Source: a virus (taxonomy: Duplodnaviria > Caudoviricetes). From it: a DNA stretch of 38,269 bases. Shown here piece by piece: positions 20,042 to 28,629 of the stretch. The translations under genes and the position numbers were made by a program. How positions within the stretch are numbered: the first letter of the stretch is position 1; each line of letters opens with the position of its first letter. The notes under the pieces were generated by a model. That model was not told the DNA's origin. It did no database searches and saw nothing but the letters and a program-made list of their open reading frames with translations. The DNA lies in the IMG/VR virus record IMGVR_UViG_3300020042_012023, positions 1 through 38,269 of that record; one strand, given 5' to 3'.

Positions 20042-20636
20042 CTCCGGTGGTGATCTAGACAACTCGTTTCAGATTCAGGGCGGGACTGATTCAACAATCA
20101 TCGGAAATACCGCCGATAAATTGCTAGTTTCCGCGACAATAACGTCGGGGACTGTAGACACCTACAGTGCATCGAATGTTTTTGTTTTACCTGCTTCCGC
20201 TACCGATGTTTTTACAATAAGTGGCTCGGCTACTAAAGTAATTAGAATTTACCGTGTGCTTTTTTACCTAACTGCGACTACCGGTAGTAACGCTACAATT
20301 GTCGGTTTAAGACGTTCTAGTCTTAACACAGCTGGAACTTCCACTCTATTAACCAACGTGACTCATGACACAAACAATCCAGCGGCTACAGCCGTAGTGC
20401 GTAGTTACACGGCCAACCCGACCCTTGGGACACTCGTAGGGAATATGTTCACTTTTGGTGTGTATGTATCAGGCGGGGGGACTATCGGTTCACTCCCCTT
20501 TAACTACACGATTGAAAGCCCTATTACAGAGCCTATTATCCTACGCGGAACCAGCCAGCTATTCGCAGTGAATATGGGCGCAGTGACTTTTGCTGGTAAC
20601 TCTGCTAGAGCTACCGTTGTATGGAGTGAAGAATAA
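20034..20636 (+). CDS. Putative beta-rich virion protein
   Basis: 200 aa, T/S/G-rich, GGAGG SD before TTG; ends W.EE. Confidence 0.55.
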   Translation: MSNSGGDLDNSFQIQGGTDSTIIGNTADKLLVSATITSGTVDTYSASNVFVLPASATDVFTISGSATKVIRIYRVLFYLTATTGSNATIVGLRRSSLNTAGTSTLLTNVTHDTNNPAATAVVRSYTANPTLGTLVGNMFTFGVYVSGGGTIGSLPFNYTIESPITEPIILRGTSQLFAVNMGAVTFAGNSARATVVWSEE

Positions 20637-21043
20637 TGCCTACAGGAACACTATTCGCACCTACAAAAGTCGAAGAGTTTAACAACACAAATGTGAAGTA
20701 TAACGGCTACGGCGTGACTGGAGCTATCACCCCCTTAGCTACCACAAACCTCGACTGCACTTTCGCCGATGATATGCTGGTAACCGCGATTGAACTAATC
20801 GTCAATGACCCTCAAAGCGGCGACTATATGGTGCTGAGCGTGGTCCATCCAAACGGGACGGTTTTGAATGTTTTCGTTGAGAAATGGTATGTAGGGATTT
20901 CAAGTTTCAAGCAATTTTACCAAATCGCCTACCCCTCAAAACTGATAGCAGGATTGATTTTAAGGGCTTCCTATGTGAGCACAAACGCCACGGCTCCAAC
21001 CTTCGTGGCTGGAAACTACGGATTGCATAAGGTGCTTTGGTAA
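20636..21043 (+). CDS. Putative beta-rich virion protein
   Basis: 135 aa, TAATG coupling with the upstream gene. Confidence 0.5.
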   Translation: MPTGTLFAPTKVEEFNNTNVKYNGYGVTGAITPLATTNLDCTFADDMLVTAIELIVNDPQSGDYMVLSVVHPNGTVLNVFVEKWYVGISSFKQFYQIAYPSKLIAGLILRASYVSTNATAPTFVAGNYGLHKVLW

Positions 21044-21044
21044 T

Positions 21045-21476
21045 ATGCGCAACTCCTCTACCAATCTTTTATACCCACCTTTTTTGACCGAGATGAATAT
21101 TGGCCTGGATAGGGCTAAAAGGGCTGGACTGAGCCTTTGGCCGTTTGAGACCTACAGGTCTATAGCCAGACAAAGCGAGCTCTACAACCAAGGCAGGACC
21201 ACTCCTGGAGCTATCGTGACCCAGTCCAGGCCTGGAGACTCTTGGCACCATTACGGCGTGGCCATGGACATAGCGTTAAAGAAGGACGGTAGGTGGAGTT
21301 GGGAGTTTGACCCCTTTGAAGTTTCCAAGTTTTTTGCTGGACTCAACATCACCTGGGGAGGTCGCAATGATGGACCCCATTACCAGTGGAAAAAACTCCC
21401 CCCTTTAGTCACGGCTAAGTCACTCGTCGTCGAGAGCGGCATACTCGGGCTCTGGAGCGTACTCGAAACCGGGTAG
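21045..21476 (+). CDS. Endolysin, peptidase M15 family (L-Ala-D-Glu peptidase-like)
   Basis: ETYRS..RQ..LY.QGRT.PG.IVT, SWHHYGVAMD (SxH...A.D Zn ligands), WGG..DGPHYQ. Confidence 0.9.
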   Translation: MRNSSTNLLYPPFLTEMNIGLDRAKRAGLSLWPFETYRSIARQSELYNQGRTTPGAIVTQSRPGDSWHHYGVAMDIALKKDGRWSWEFDPFEVSKFFAGLNITWGGRNDGPHYQWKKLPPLVTAKSLVVESGILGLWSVLETG

Positions 21477-21773
21477 GGCGTCCTCTGGGTCCTCCACTGC
21501 CAGTTTGCACAGCATGCGACCAGCTATGTAGCTTTTGCCGTGGCTCTGAGCACGTTGGATCCTGGGGAAAAAATACATAACGTCCTCTAGGCAGTCCTCG
21601 GGTTCATACTTGTAGTTTATAAAGGCGAGGACTTCCGAGATAGGTGTTCGCATGAGGTAAAAGGCATGCTCGTCGCACCAATAAAATTGACGAGCGAGCT
21701 CCATTTTCGACATGACGACATTGCGACGACGAAGCGTAGGCTGGCTAGACTTACGCTTTCGGTATCGCTTCAT
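21420..21773 (-). CDS. Hypothetical protein
   Basis: 117 aa, directly downstream of ERF with a GAGG SD; basic N-terminus and acidic C-terminus; overlaps the endolysin 3' end by 57 nt. Confidence 0.55.
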   Translation of the reverse strand: MKRYRKRKSSQPTLRRRNVVMSKMELARQFYWCDEHAFYLMRTPISEVLAFINYKYEPEDCLEDVMYFFPRIQRAQSHGKSYIAGRMLCKLAVEDPEDALPGFEYAPEPEYAALDDE

Positions 21774-21774
21774 C

Positions 21775-22635
21775 CTACCTCACAGCCGCAATGGCTATTT
21801 GAATCTTTTTAATGGCTGTATCAAGCGCGGGTCCTGGTTGCATGTCTAATAGTTCCATGGGAGTTTTGCCGGTTACTTGGTGCGTACTCTGGCCTGTAGC
21901 CTCTATTTTTTCGATGTATTGTTGGATTATACCATTAGATTTTTGCGCAACGCTATCTGCTTTTTCGAGGGCGGCCATAATCGCTTTTTCCAGGTGTTCG
22001 TCAGTCGCCGGGACCCCTTTGCAAGTCTGGGCGAGGGACGGCCACAGAGTCTGGGGGACATAGTCGAACCTGGAGCGCATTAACTCCTTAAACCCATTTT
22101 TATGGTCGTCAATCGCAACGTCGAAAAGGGCTACCCCATAAAACTCGTCGAGGACTGGAGTTGGAGAAGGAGGGAGTGGTCTTGGAATTGGAGGAGGTGT
22201 GGGTCTTGGAGGAGGGGGAGGGATGGGTCTAGGTGCTGGAGCTCTACTTGCCATGTTCCCATCATCGTCGTCGTCAGGAGCGATACCAAGGATAGCCATG
22301 AGTGCATAGCGTCTACCGTAGGTGATGCATGACCCGAGGGTCTGAGGCTTTTGGTCGATGGGGTAAAAGACCAGGATTGACTCAATCCACTGGCCACTAG
22401 AATGGGCTAGGCGGGTCCAAATAATCAAAGACTTGTCAGGACCCGGCTCAAAGCCCTGGATTACAGCAAGGCCATTCCTAGAGCATGGACCCCTAGCGGC
22501 TTCCCATGCACTGGCAAGGTCTGCATACTTCGATTTGAAGTGAGGGTTTGTGGAGTCTTTAGCAGCTGGAGTCATTTCCCCCTGTGCTTTTGCTAAAGCA
22601 CCTGCAAGCATGTCGATTGATTCTGATGTTTTCAT
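21775..22635 (-). CDS. erf: ERF-family ssDNA annealing protein
   Basis: ALAKAQ...KDSTNPHFKSKYADL...NGLAVIQ...TRLAHSSGQWIES...PQTLGSCITYGRRYALMAILGIAPDDDDDG is the ERF signature; Pro-rich linker follows. Confidence 0.92.
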   Translation of the reverse strand: MKTSESIDMLAGALAKAQGEMTPAAKDSTNPHFKSKYADLASAWEAARGPCSRNGLAVIQGFEPGPDKSLIIWTRLAHSSGQWIESILVFYPIDQKPQTLGSCITYGRRYALMAILGIAPDDDDDGNMASRAPAPRPIPPPPPRPTPPPIPRPLPPSPTPVLDEFYGVALFDVAIDDHKNGFKELMRSRFDYVPQTLWPSLAQTCKGVPATDEHLEKAIMAALEKADSVAQKSNGIIQQYIEKIEATGQSTHQVTGKTPMELLDMQPGPALDTAIKKIQIAIAAVR

Positions 22636-23117
22636 GTTTCCGGCCTTACAAATTTGATTCTATGCCCACGCTCTACAGTGGCGATGGAGCTAAAGACTTC
22701 GATGTTATTTTTGAGAAAAGCTTTATTCCAGGTGTATTCGACTTTCATCCTTACCGCGTCAGGATTGTCTAGCCAGTCTCGATCCTCGGCGGGTCTTTTG
22801 ACTACGACTTTCTCTGGATTTTCCACAAGGCTTAGTGTCCAGGACTCACCTGGAACCATGGGAGCATTTTGATTAATCATCGCATTGATAACGCGCTGTT
22901 CAAACAACTCTTGATTTTTAGTTAAGGTAGCCTTTCTTTTCTGTAAAGATCTTAACTCTTCAGTAATACCATTAATTTCAGCTTCTAGCTTTTTTGAGAT
23001 ATACCGAATAGAATCAACCTTACCCTTTATATCGTCGATTATGGAAAGGTCTAGCTCACCTTCCATGGCTTCGTCAGCTTCGCGGAGGGCGATAAGCAAT
23101 TCTTCGAAATTCATCAA
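22632..23117 (-). CDS. Siphovirus Gp157-family protein
   Basis: KGKVDSIRYISKKLEAE...EE...L..RK coiled coil, ~160 aa, adjacent to ERF as is common for this family. Confidence 0.7.
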   Translation of the reverse strand: MMNFEELLIALREADEAMEGELDLSIIDDIKGKVDSIRYISKKLEAEINGITEELRSLQKRKATLTKNQELFEQRVINAMINQNAPMVPGESWTLSLVENPEKVVVKRPAEDRDWLDNPDAVRMKVEYTWNKAFLKNNIEVFSSIATVERGHRIKFVRPET

Positions 23118-23193
23118 TAATCCTTTTTTTATCTAGTACACACAGAGATATGTGCTTCGGTTTACTACCATACACAAGGGGGTTTTGCAAGCC

Positions 23194-23652
23194 ATGAAAT
23201 ACGCTGTAATGTTTGCTATTTTTGTGGCGGCGGTCGCTGTAGCAGGTCCCGCTATTATTGAACGGATTATATTCAAAACCCCTTACGAGAGTGACCAACA
23301 TAAAGAAATCATGAACGACGTAAGGGCTTATCGGGCTATGGCAAAACTCAGGGACCTAAGCCATGACGTTAGGCTCACCTGCGCTGCACAGGAGCATGCC
23401 GACGAAATGTCGGCTCGTAGGATGTGTACGGTTGTGGGCGCAAATGGTGAAACCCCGAGAATTCGGTTAGAATCTTGTGGATACGGTGAATTTAGTCAGG
23501 TCGTTGAATTGATAACTTGTCGCCGCGAGTGGGATATTAATATTATTATAAGAGATAATCCAGATTATGCGACAATCATTAAAATGGAAGAATGGAGGTA
23601 TATAGGAGTTGGGATTCGAGATGATACCTATGTTATTTACTTAACATTTTGA
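23194..23652 (+). CDS. Secreted CAP (SCP/PR-1) domain protein, divergent
   Basis: Signal-like MKYAVMFAIFVAAVAVAG; R....L..L..D.RLTCAAQEHADEM...GETPRIRL...GY; YIGVG. The second conserved His motif is absent. Confidence 0.75.
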   Translation: MKYAVMFAIFVAAVAVAGPAIIERIIFKTPYESDQHKEIMNDVRAYRAMAKLRDLSHDVRLTCAAQEHADEMSARRMCTVVGANGETPRIRLESCGYGEFSQVVELITCRREWDINIIIRDNPDYATIIKMEEWRYIGVGIRDDTYVIYLTF

Positions 23653-23661
23653 GGTGATCTT

Positions 23662-24111
23662 ATGAAAATGCTACTATGTTTTATTTTCCTTTTTTTCGCA
23701 ACGGACTGCCTGTCCCAAGATTTGCCAGCTGAGCCTCTCCCCGCAATGCCAGCGAGTGAAGGCCAAAACGTGGTCAACATGATTAACCTGGAAAGATTTA
23801 ACCTGGGGTTAAAGCCTCTTAAATTCAGTGACCAGCTGACGTGTGCGTCGTCCCTACACTCTGCGTGGCTCTTTCGCACAGACCGGTGCCAACATACCGG
23901 ACCTGGAGTGCAGACCTTCCAGCTGCGAGCTCAAATCTGTGGAGGGTCTGCTAGGGGGGAAGTGATTGGATGCGGTCAAGGCTCCTTTTTTGAGGTTGTA
24001 AGGGACTGGATGAATGACCCAAGACATAGGGAGATGATTCTAGACCCAGACATGACAGAGATCGGTGCTGCAAACATGGGCTACAAATGGGTAGCGGTGC
24101 TCAATAAATGA
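23662..24111 (+). CDS. Secreted CAP (SCP/PR-1) domain protein
   Basis: Signal peptide; INLER...GLKPL....QL...S.LHS...HTG...GEVIG.GQ...VVRDWMNDPRHREMILDP..TEIG; GAGGTG SD. Confidence 0.9.
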   Translation: MKMLLCFIFLFFATDCLSQDLPAEPLPAMPASEGQNVVNMINLERFNLGLKPLKFSDQLTCASSLHSAWLFRTDRCQHTGPGVQTFQLRAQICGGSARGEVIGCGQGSFFEVVRDWMNDPRHREMILDPDMTEIGAANMGYKWVAVLNK

Positions 24112-24398
24112 AAAAAGAAATTCTGCTTGAGATTAAATTTCCTTACCAAAAACCGCAAAACGTCCTTGTGAAAAGAATGCACAATGGCGTTTATAGGCTT
24201 GCTATTTTTGATAGGTTTGATCGAGTAGAATTTTTGAACGGTGAGAACGTGGGGTTTGGGGTGATCGTCTTTAACACATGCAAATTCCCGCGGATTGTGC
24301 GACTAGTTCTAAAAGACACCTGGGATGAAGGACTATTCAGGAATTTTGAAGGCCAGGTTGTCAACATCGAGGTTAGGGAGATTTATGGCGTGGGATGA
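24108..24398 (+). CDS. Hypothetical protein
   Basis: 96 aa, ATGA overlap. Confidence 0.55.
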   Translation: MKKEILLEIKFPYQKPQNVLVKRMHNGVYRLAIFDRFDRVEFLNGENVGFGVIVFNTCKFPRIVRLVLKDTWDEGLFRNFEGQVVNIEVREIYGVG

Positions 24399-24477
24399 AG
24401 TGGCTACTGCAATTGTGATGTTTGCAGCTGCATTTTTTTGGACGACTTGGTTTATCAGATTTCTAATGTTACTATAA
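24385..24477 (+). CDS. Single-TM micro-protein (30 aa, not in ORF track)
   Basis: GGGAG SD; MAWDEVATAIVMFAAAFFWTTWFIRFLMLL*. Confidence 0.5.
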   Translation: MAWDEVATAIVMFAAAFFWTTWFIRFLMLL

Positions 24478-24504
24478 ACTATCCACTACAAAATTGAGGT
24501 TATT

Positions 24505-24648
24505 ATGGCATTGCAAGATGTAAAGTTAATTGGTCTCCACACTGGATGTGTCGCTTGTCTGATGATCAAGCTTATTTTAAAGCCTGTTGTGATGCTCGCA
24601 CACTGGGTGGAAGCGAAGCTAGCGTCCAAACAACCCGAAATTAAGTGA
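24505..24648 (+). CDS. Small hypothetical protein (47 aa, not in ORF track)
   Basis: GAGGT SD; MALQDVKLIGLHTGCVACLMIKLILKPVVMLAHWVEAKLASKQPEIK*; GTGA overlap with the next gene. Confidence 0.55.
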   Translation: MALQDVKLIGLHTGCVACLMIKLILKPVVMLAHWVEAKLASKQPEIK

Positions 24649-24875
24649 AGGCAGTCTTTGCGGCTCTAGTGCTTTTCTTGCTCGCTTGGGCTGGACTTGC
24701 TGCATTTTATAGCGTGAAACAGACCGAATATATCCCCTTCGTGGGACATGTGCAGTATTTCTGCTCCAGGTCTGGGGTGGAATACCTGTACTTTCAAAAA
24801 GCGGAGACCTTAGCTCTACACGTCGACCCAGCTGGAGTGCCCATAAAATGCCAAAGTAGAGGAGTACACCTTTGA
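24645..24875 (+). CDS. Small membrane-anchored protein
   Basis: N-terminal TM, then C..GVEYLYF.......VD..G.P.KC with a possible disulfide pair. Confidence 0.55.
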   Translation: MKAVFAALVLFLLAWAGLAAFYSVKQTEYIPFVGHVQYFCSRSGVEYLYFQKAETLALHVDPAGVPIKCQSRGVHL

Positions 24876-25177
24876 GACCCTGGATGTCTAGTTATCCTGC
24901 GATATTCATCCAAATAGAGGACGACGGAGATGTACTTTTCGACCTTAACTTAGGTTGGGGGGTCTCGTTACGTAGAGCCATAAAAATAGAGTTTTCACTT
25001 AGATTTGACAAAACCCAAATGCTTTTCATTCATCGTAGATTAGAGAATATTTTGTCAACGGCTAAACATATTTTCGTTGATGTCACTTGGGATGAAACTG
25101 GACCCTTCTGTGAAATCATAGTCAACGGCGACGACTTGACCGACCTTATGATAACTCAAGGGGTTCTTCCAAAATAG
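24872..25177 (+). CDS. Degenerate thermonuclease (SNase)-like protein
   Basis: DDGDVLFDLNLGWGVSLRRAIK resembles the DGDT.D..IDLGF.....RVRL start of phage SNases; ends V.G.DL...MI..G; catalytic G.D.PE and YGR motifs are missing. Confidence 0.45.
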   Translation: MRPWMSSYPAIFIQIEDDGDVLFDLNLGWGVSLRRAIKIEFSLRFDKTQMLFIHRRLENILSTAKHIFVDVTWDETGPFCEIIVNGDDLTDLMITQGVLPK

Positions 25178-25358
25178 CGGCTTTTTTCCTTTTTAGCCAC
25201 CGTGCGTCGACCCTTTTGCCGATAGTCAAAAGGTGGTAGTAGTATTCGTCTAGATCCTTGAAAGCCTCGTATTCTCCAGGGCTCACCCTTCGGATGATTT
25301 TACACTTGGGAGCTAGCTTCATAGCTTCTGTTCTAGATTTGCATAAAATTCTTTTCAT
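25146..25358 (-). CDS. Hypothetical basic protein
   Basis: 70 aa, 2 nt downstream of the RuvC-like gene. Confidence 0.5.
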   Translation of the reverse strand: MKRILCKSRTEAMKLAPKCKIIRRVSPGEYEAFKDLDEYYYHLLTIGKRVDARWLKRKKAAILEEPLELS

Positions 25359-25360
25359 AA

Positions 25361-25816
25361 TTATTGACCCACCAAATATCCGTAATACGCTATCAATGCC
25401 GCGTCAACTATTCCATCATGAGCCACTCGGCACCTATCACTAGCCCTTAAATCAACATCAGGCCATAACTGACGTGCTACATATAGACTGGTTGCTTTGG
25501 GATTGTCAAATGTTGTCGGCGATTTCTTGTGAAGTAAGTTTGTCCAGACAGCTGGGGGGACGAAATTGATATCAAACCCGCAGCCATTAAGGGTCCCCAG
25601 CATATATCCGTAATCACGTCCGTAGTTAAACATAGCCCTTGCAGACTCTTTCCCCATCACCTGAGCCTTCTCAACCCAGATGGTTTTTACGCCGAAATTG
25701 ATGAAATGCTGTTTCGGTATAACCTGGGTGAGTAGGTGCTTTTGCCATATTTTGCCGTCTTTTAATATGACTATCGCACCTGATTTGCCAGGATCTACCC
25801 CCGCAATGATTGACAT
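25361..25816 (-). CDS. RuvC-like Holliday junction resolvase
   Basis: IAGVDPGKSGAI...WVE...MFNYGRDYG...VPPAVW...K..S...ARQLWP...HDGIVDAALIAYYG; start taken as ATG 25816. Confidence 0.88.
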   Translation of the reverse strand: MSIIAGVDPGKSGAIVILKDGKIWQKHLLTQVIPKQHFINFGVKTIWVEKAQVMGKESARAMFNYGRDYGYMLGTLNGCGFDINFVPPAVWTNLLHKKSPTTFDNPKATSLYVARQLWPDVDLRASDRCRVAHDGIVDAALIAYYGYLVGQ

Positions 25817-25864
25817 TCCGACCCTCACAATATATGAGTATGTTTTGATGCGTGGAGCCTAACA

Positions 25865-26659
25865 TTGATATCGGTATTTGTAAACGAAATAGGTCCAATT
25901 AATAATCCTGACGGTTTTTTACCACTTGATTATAGAAATGTTAAAGAGCTATGGGACATGATATCAACCCATACATACTCGCCGATAATTTTCCAGGATG
26001 AGTATAGGCTCGGGGACAATTTTATGTACTCAGACCTTTGTGTAATGGACGTGGATAATAAACACGAGCCATTCTATACCCTGGAGCATGTGATTAAAGA
26101 TTTTGGGGACTGTTCATTAGTAGTCGGTGGGACTCGAAATCATATGCTCCCCAAAGCCCATCATGATGGGATTGCACCGAGATTTAGAATACTCATACCC
26201 TGGGAAGAGCGCATAACTTGCCCTCATACATACGAGAAAAGTATCAAGTTTGCACAGTCAATGTGCGAGGGTGCAGACACAAGCACAAAGGATATCGCAA
26301 GGCAATACTACCCATGCAAGGTGTTTCTTCTAGCCTTAGGACCTGGAGAAAAAATGCCTGTTATCCCCGCGACTCCCAAGGAAATCGAGGATAAACGCCG
26401 GAGTGATCAATACAAAAGACAGGCGAGTGTAGTGAGGCCACTGCCTGGGCATATCGTAGAATTTTTAAAATCTGGCAAAGTTTTTGGGGGAAGTCGAAAC
26501 AACTCGGTTTACACGTCGGCTAGGTCTCTGGTAGAAAAGGGGTTCACTAATGCTGAGATTGAAGAGTTGGTTCGGAATGCTCCATTTGATCGCCGTGGAT
26601 TCAGAGATGCTGAAATTAAATCTTGTATCAATAGTGCTAGAAAAAAGACAGAGAGTTAA
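25865..26659 (+). CDS. AEP-superfamily primase with C-terminal PriCT-1-like domain
   Basis: YSP..F...R, hhMDVD, GTRNH, PRFRILIP, D....D.AR motifs; C-terminal GSRNNSVY..A..L...G. Confidence 0.75.
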   Translation: MISVFVNEIGPINNPDGFLPLDYRNVKELWDMISTHTYSPIIFQDEYRLGDNFMYSDLCVMDVDNKHEPFYTLEHVIKDFGDCSLVVGGTRNHMLPKAHHDGIAPRFRILIPWEERITCPHTYEKSIKFAQSMCEGADTSTKDIARQYYPCKVFLLALGPGEKMPVIPATPKEIEDKRRSDQYKRQASVVRPLPGHIVEFLKSGKVFGGSRNNSVYTSARSLVEKGFTNAEIEELVRNAPFDRRGFRDAEIKSCINSARKKTES

Positions 26660-26715
26660 GAATTGGCGTCTTAACTCTCCTCCCAGAACAAGAAACTCTT
26701 TTTGCCGAAGAGTTT
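26651..26715 (+). promoter_or_regulatory. Two tandem hairpins between primase and helicase
   Basis: GAGAGTTAAGA/TCTTAACTCTC (26651-26679) and AAACTCTT/AAGAGTTT (26693-26715). Confidence 0.55.
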
Positions 26716-26755
26716 TTCAAACAATCACTCACACGCCACGCTAGAGGAGTATTCT

Positions 26756-28324
26756 GTGATTAACGAAGAGGATCTTCCCAAAAAAGCGGCCATTTTGCAA
26801 CTAAAAAAAGCGAAAGAACCAACGAGTTTTGGGGTTATTTTCCAAAACTGGACGATTGTCGGGACAAAAGAGTCTAAGCGGAAAGGCCCTGGAGGCAAGG
26901 AAGTCCCTGTAGAAGTCCCTGTCTACCTTGGTAAGAAGTCTAGCGAGCTCGTAGACGAGTTGAAGGGGTTACTTCCAAATTTCATCAACCTCAATGGTGA
27001 TTTGACTGAGCTACGGACCGACCCAAAAACAGGTTATCTCATGCCGAGGGAAAGCAATCATCCCGACAAGGTTGAGGCGGCCCTTAACGCCAAGGATATC
27101 CCCCTCGATTTCAGGAAAAATGTCGAGGGTGCAGTAAGATGGGTGCCAGTTGTACTCAACTTCAAGGATACCCTGCGACACGTAACCAGGGTGACCAAGT
27201 ACCCTTCATGGCCAAAACAGGACGACCATTTAGTCCTAGCTCCAGGTATTGAGCCCGAGGCTACCGGAGCTTTGGACCGTCTCCTCGATTTCTTCTGCCC
27301 ATTGACAGACACTGACCGCCAACTCCTGAAGGCCCTGTTTTGTACTCCAGCCTGGAGCACCGGCCAAGGCAAGAGGCCACTCTTTTTGATTGCTGGTCCA
27401 GAAGAGGCAGATTCAAATGTAAGTATTGGGAAAACTACCCTCGTCGACATTTTGATTAAGCTCTATGAAAGCGGAGCTTCACTCCACCCTGAAGTTTCGG
27501 TAGACCGTTTGACGACCAACCTCATGAATATACCTTCGCAGCAAGTGATCATGATTGATAACGTCAAGTCCAAGGAGTGGTCCTCAGCGGCTCTAGAACG
27601 GCTCATAACGAGTCCAGAGATATCTGGGCATAAGATGTACCTCGGCTATACGAGCTTCCCAAATCACTTCACTTTTGTCGTCACAATCAATGACCCCCAC
27701 TTGAGTGTCGACTTAGCCAGCCGAGCCGTGGTCATTCGAATCAGACCCCCGGAGGTTGTTGCAGGGTGGAGGGATAACATCGACACATTTTTAGACACCT
27801 CCAGGATTGATGTGTTTAAAGATATTGGCTCAATTTTAATGTCACCGAGGGTTAAAGACCCTGATATCTATTCATCCTTTAGATTTCCTATTTGGAAATC
27901 AATGATCTTAAATAAGATTGATGCTAACCTTGGTGAGCACATTAAAATTCAAAGCGAGTCTTTAAAAGTTAATAATGAGTGGGCAGACTGGTTAGAATTT
28001 GTAATAGATAAGGCGACTAGATATACCTGTTGGGGGAACATAATCAGTGCCAGTGGCTTTCAAATTTTCGTCCAGAGTCGAATTTTGCAAGAGTGGTATC
28101 ATGAGTGGTCTGGGACGAGCGTGCGAACAACTTCCAGGGGTGAGCTCGGGAAGCGCATTAAAAAATTGTGTCTTGATGCAGGGATGCTCTATACTTCCCA
28201 AGTTAAGATAAACGGCGATAATCGAAATGGTTTCTGGGTCAACCCCAAACAGCAACAGGGACCCAGAGTCGCAGTCACTACTCAGCACAAAGAAAACTCA
28301 GGCGTAACTCCTTTCAGATCGTAA
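26756..28324 (+). CDS. Primase-associated P-loop ATPase / replicative helicase
   Basis: RPLFLIAG...GKTTL Walker A, VIMIDNV Walker B, VTIN sensor, DLASR Arg finger; GTG 26756 has a GAGGAG SD. Confidence 0.75.
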   Translation: MINEEDLPKKAAILQLKKAKEPTSFGVIFQNWTIVGTKESKRKGPGGKEVPVEVPVYLGKKSSELVDELKGLLPNFINLNGDLTELRTDPKTGYLMPRESNHPDKVEAALNAKDIPLDFRKNVEGAVRWVPVVLNFKDTLRHVTRVTKYPSWPKQDDHLVLAPGIEPEATGALDRLLDFFCPLTDTDRQLLKALFCTPAWSTGQGKRPLFLIAGPEEADSNVSIGKTTLVDILIKLYESGASLHPEVSVDRLTTNLMNIPSQQVIMIDNVKSKEWSSAALERLITSPEISGHKMYLGYTSFPNHFTFVVTINDPHLSVDLASRAVVIRIRPPEVVAGWRDNIDTFLDTSRIDVFKDIGSILMSPRVKDPDIYSSFRFPIWKSMILNKIDANLGEHIKIQSESLKVNNEWADWLEFVIDKATRYTCWGNIISASGFQIFVQSRILQEWYHEWSGTSVRTTSRGELGKRIKKLCLDAGMLYTSQVKINGDNRNGFWVNPKQQQGPRVAVTTQHKENSGVTPFRS

Positions 28325-28365
28325 GAAACTATCAGTAACTGATCTAACCCCAATACTACCCCTCC

Positions 28366-28626
28366 GGTAGGATTAGGGTAGGATTACGGTAGGATTACGG
28401 TAGGATTACTATTGCCAACAATTACTGCACGGTAGGATTGGTAGGATTAAAAACCCCCAAAAGACCTCCTGGAGCTTTTACACATACTACAATCCACACT
28501 CTCTTCTTTTTCCCATACTCTTTTACTACTTAGTAATACTACTAATCCTACCAAGTTGATATTAAAGAGAATAGTAATCCTACCGTAATCCTACCGTAAT
28601 CCTACCTTTTTGAAAGTAATCCTACC
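28366..28626. repeat. Iteron array in inverted arrangement, probable replication origin
   Basis: GGTAGGATT at 28366, 28377, 28388, 28399, 28431, 28440; reverse complement AATCCTACC at 28544, 28576, 28587, 28598, 28618. Non-coding and immediately after the helicase. Confidence 0.85.
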
Positions 28627-28629
28627 CTG

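Noticed and set aside
26657-26756. Stop readthrough fusing primase and helicase
   Set aside because: Two in-frame TAA codons intervene and the helicase has its own GAGGAG SD.
28366-28626. Repeat array as CRISPR or telomere-like repeats
   Set aside because: Units are 9-11 bp, mostly abutting, with no unique 25-45 bp spacers and no cas genes; position and inversion fit iterons.
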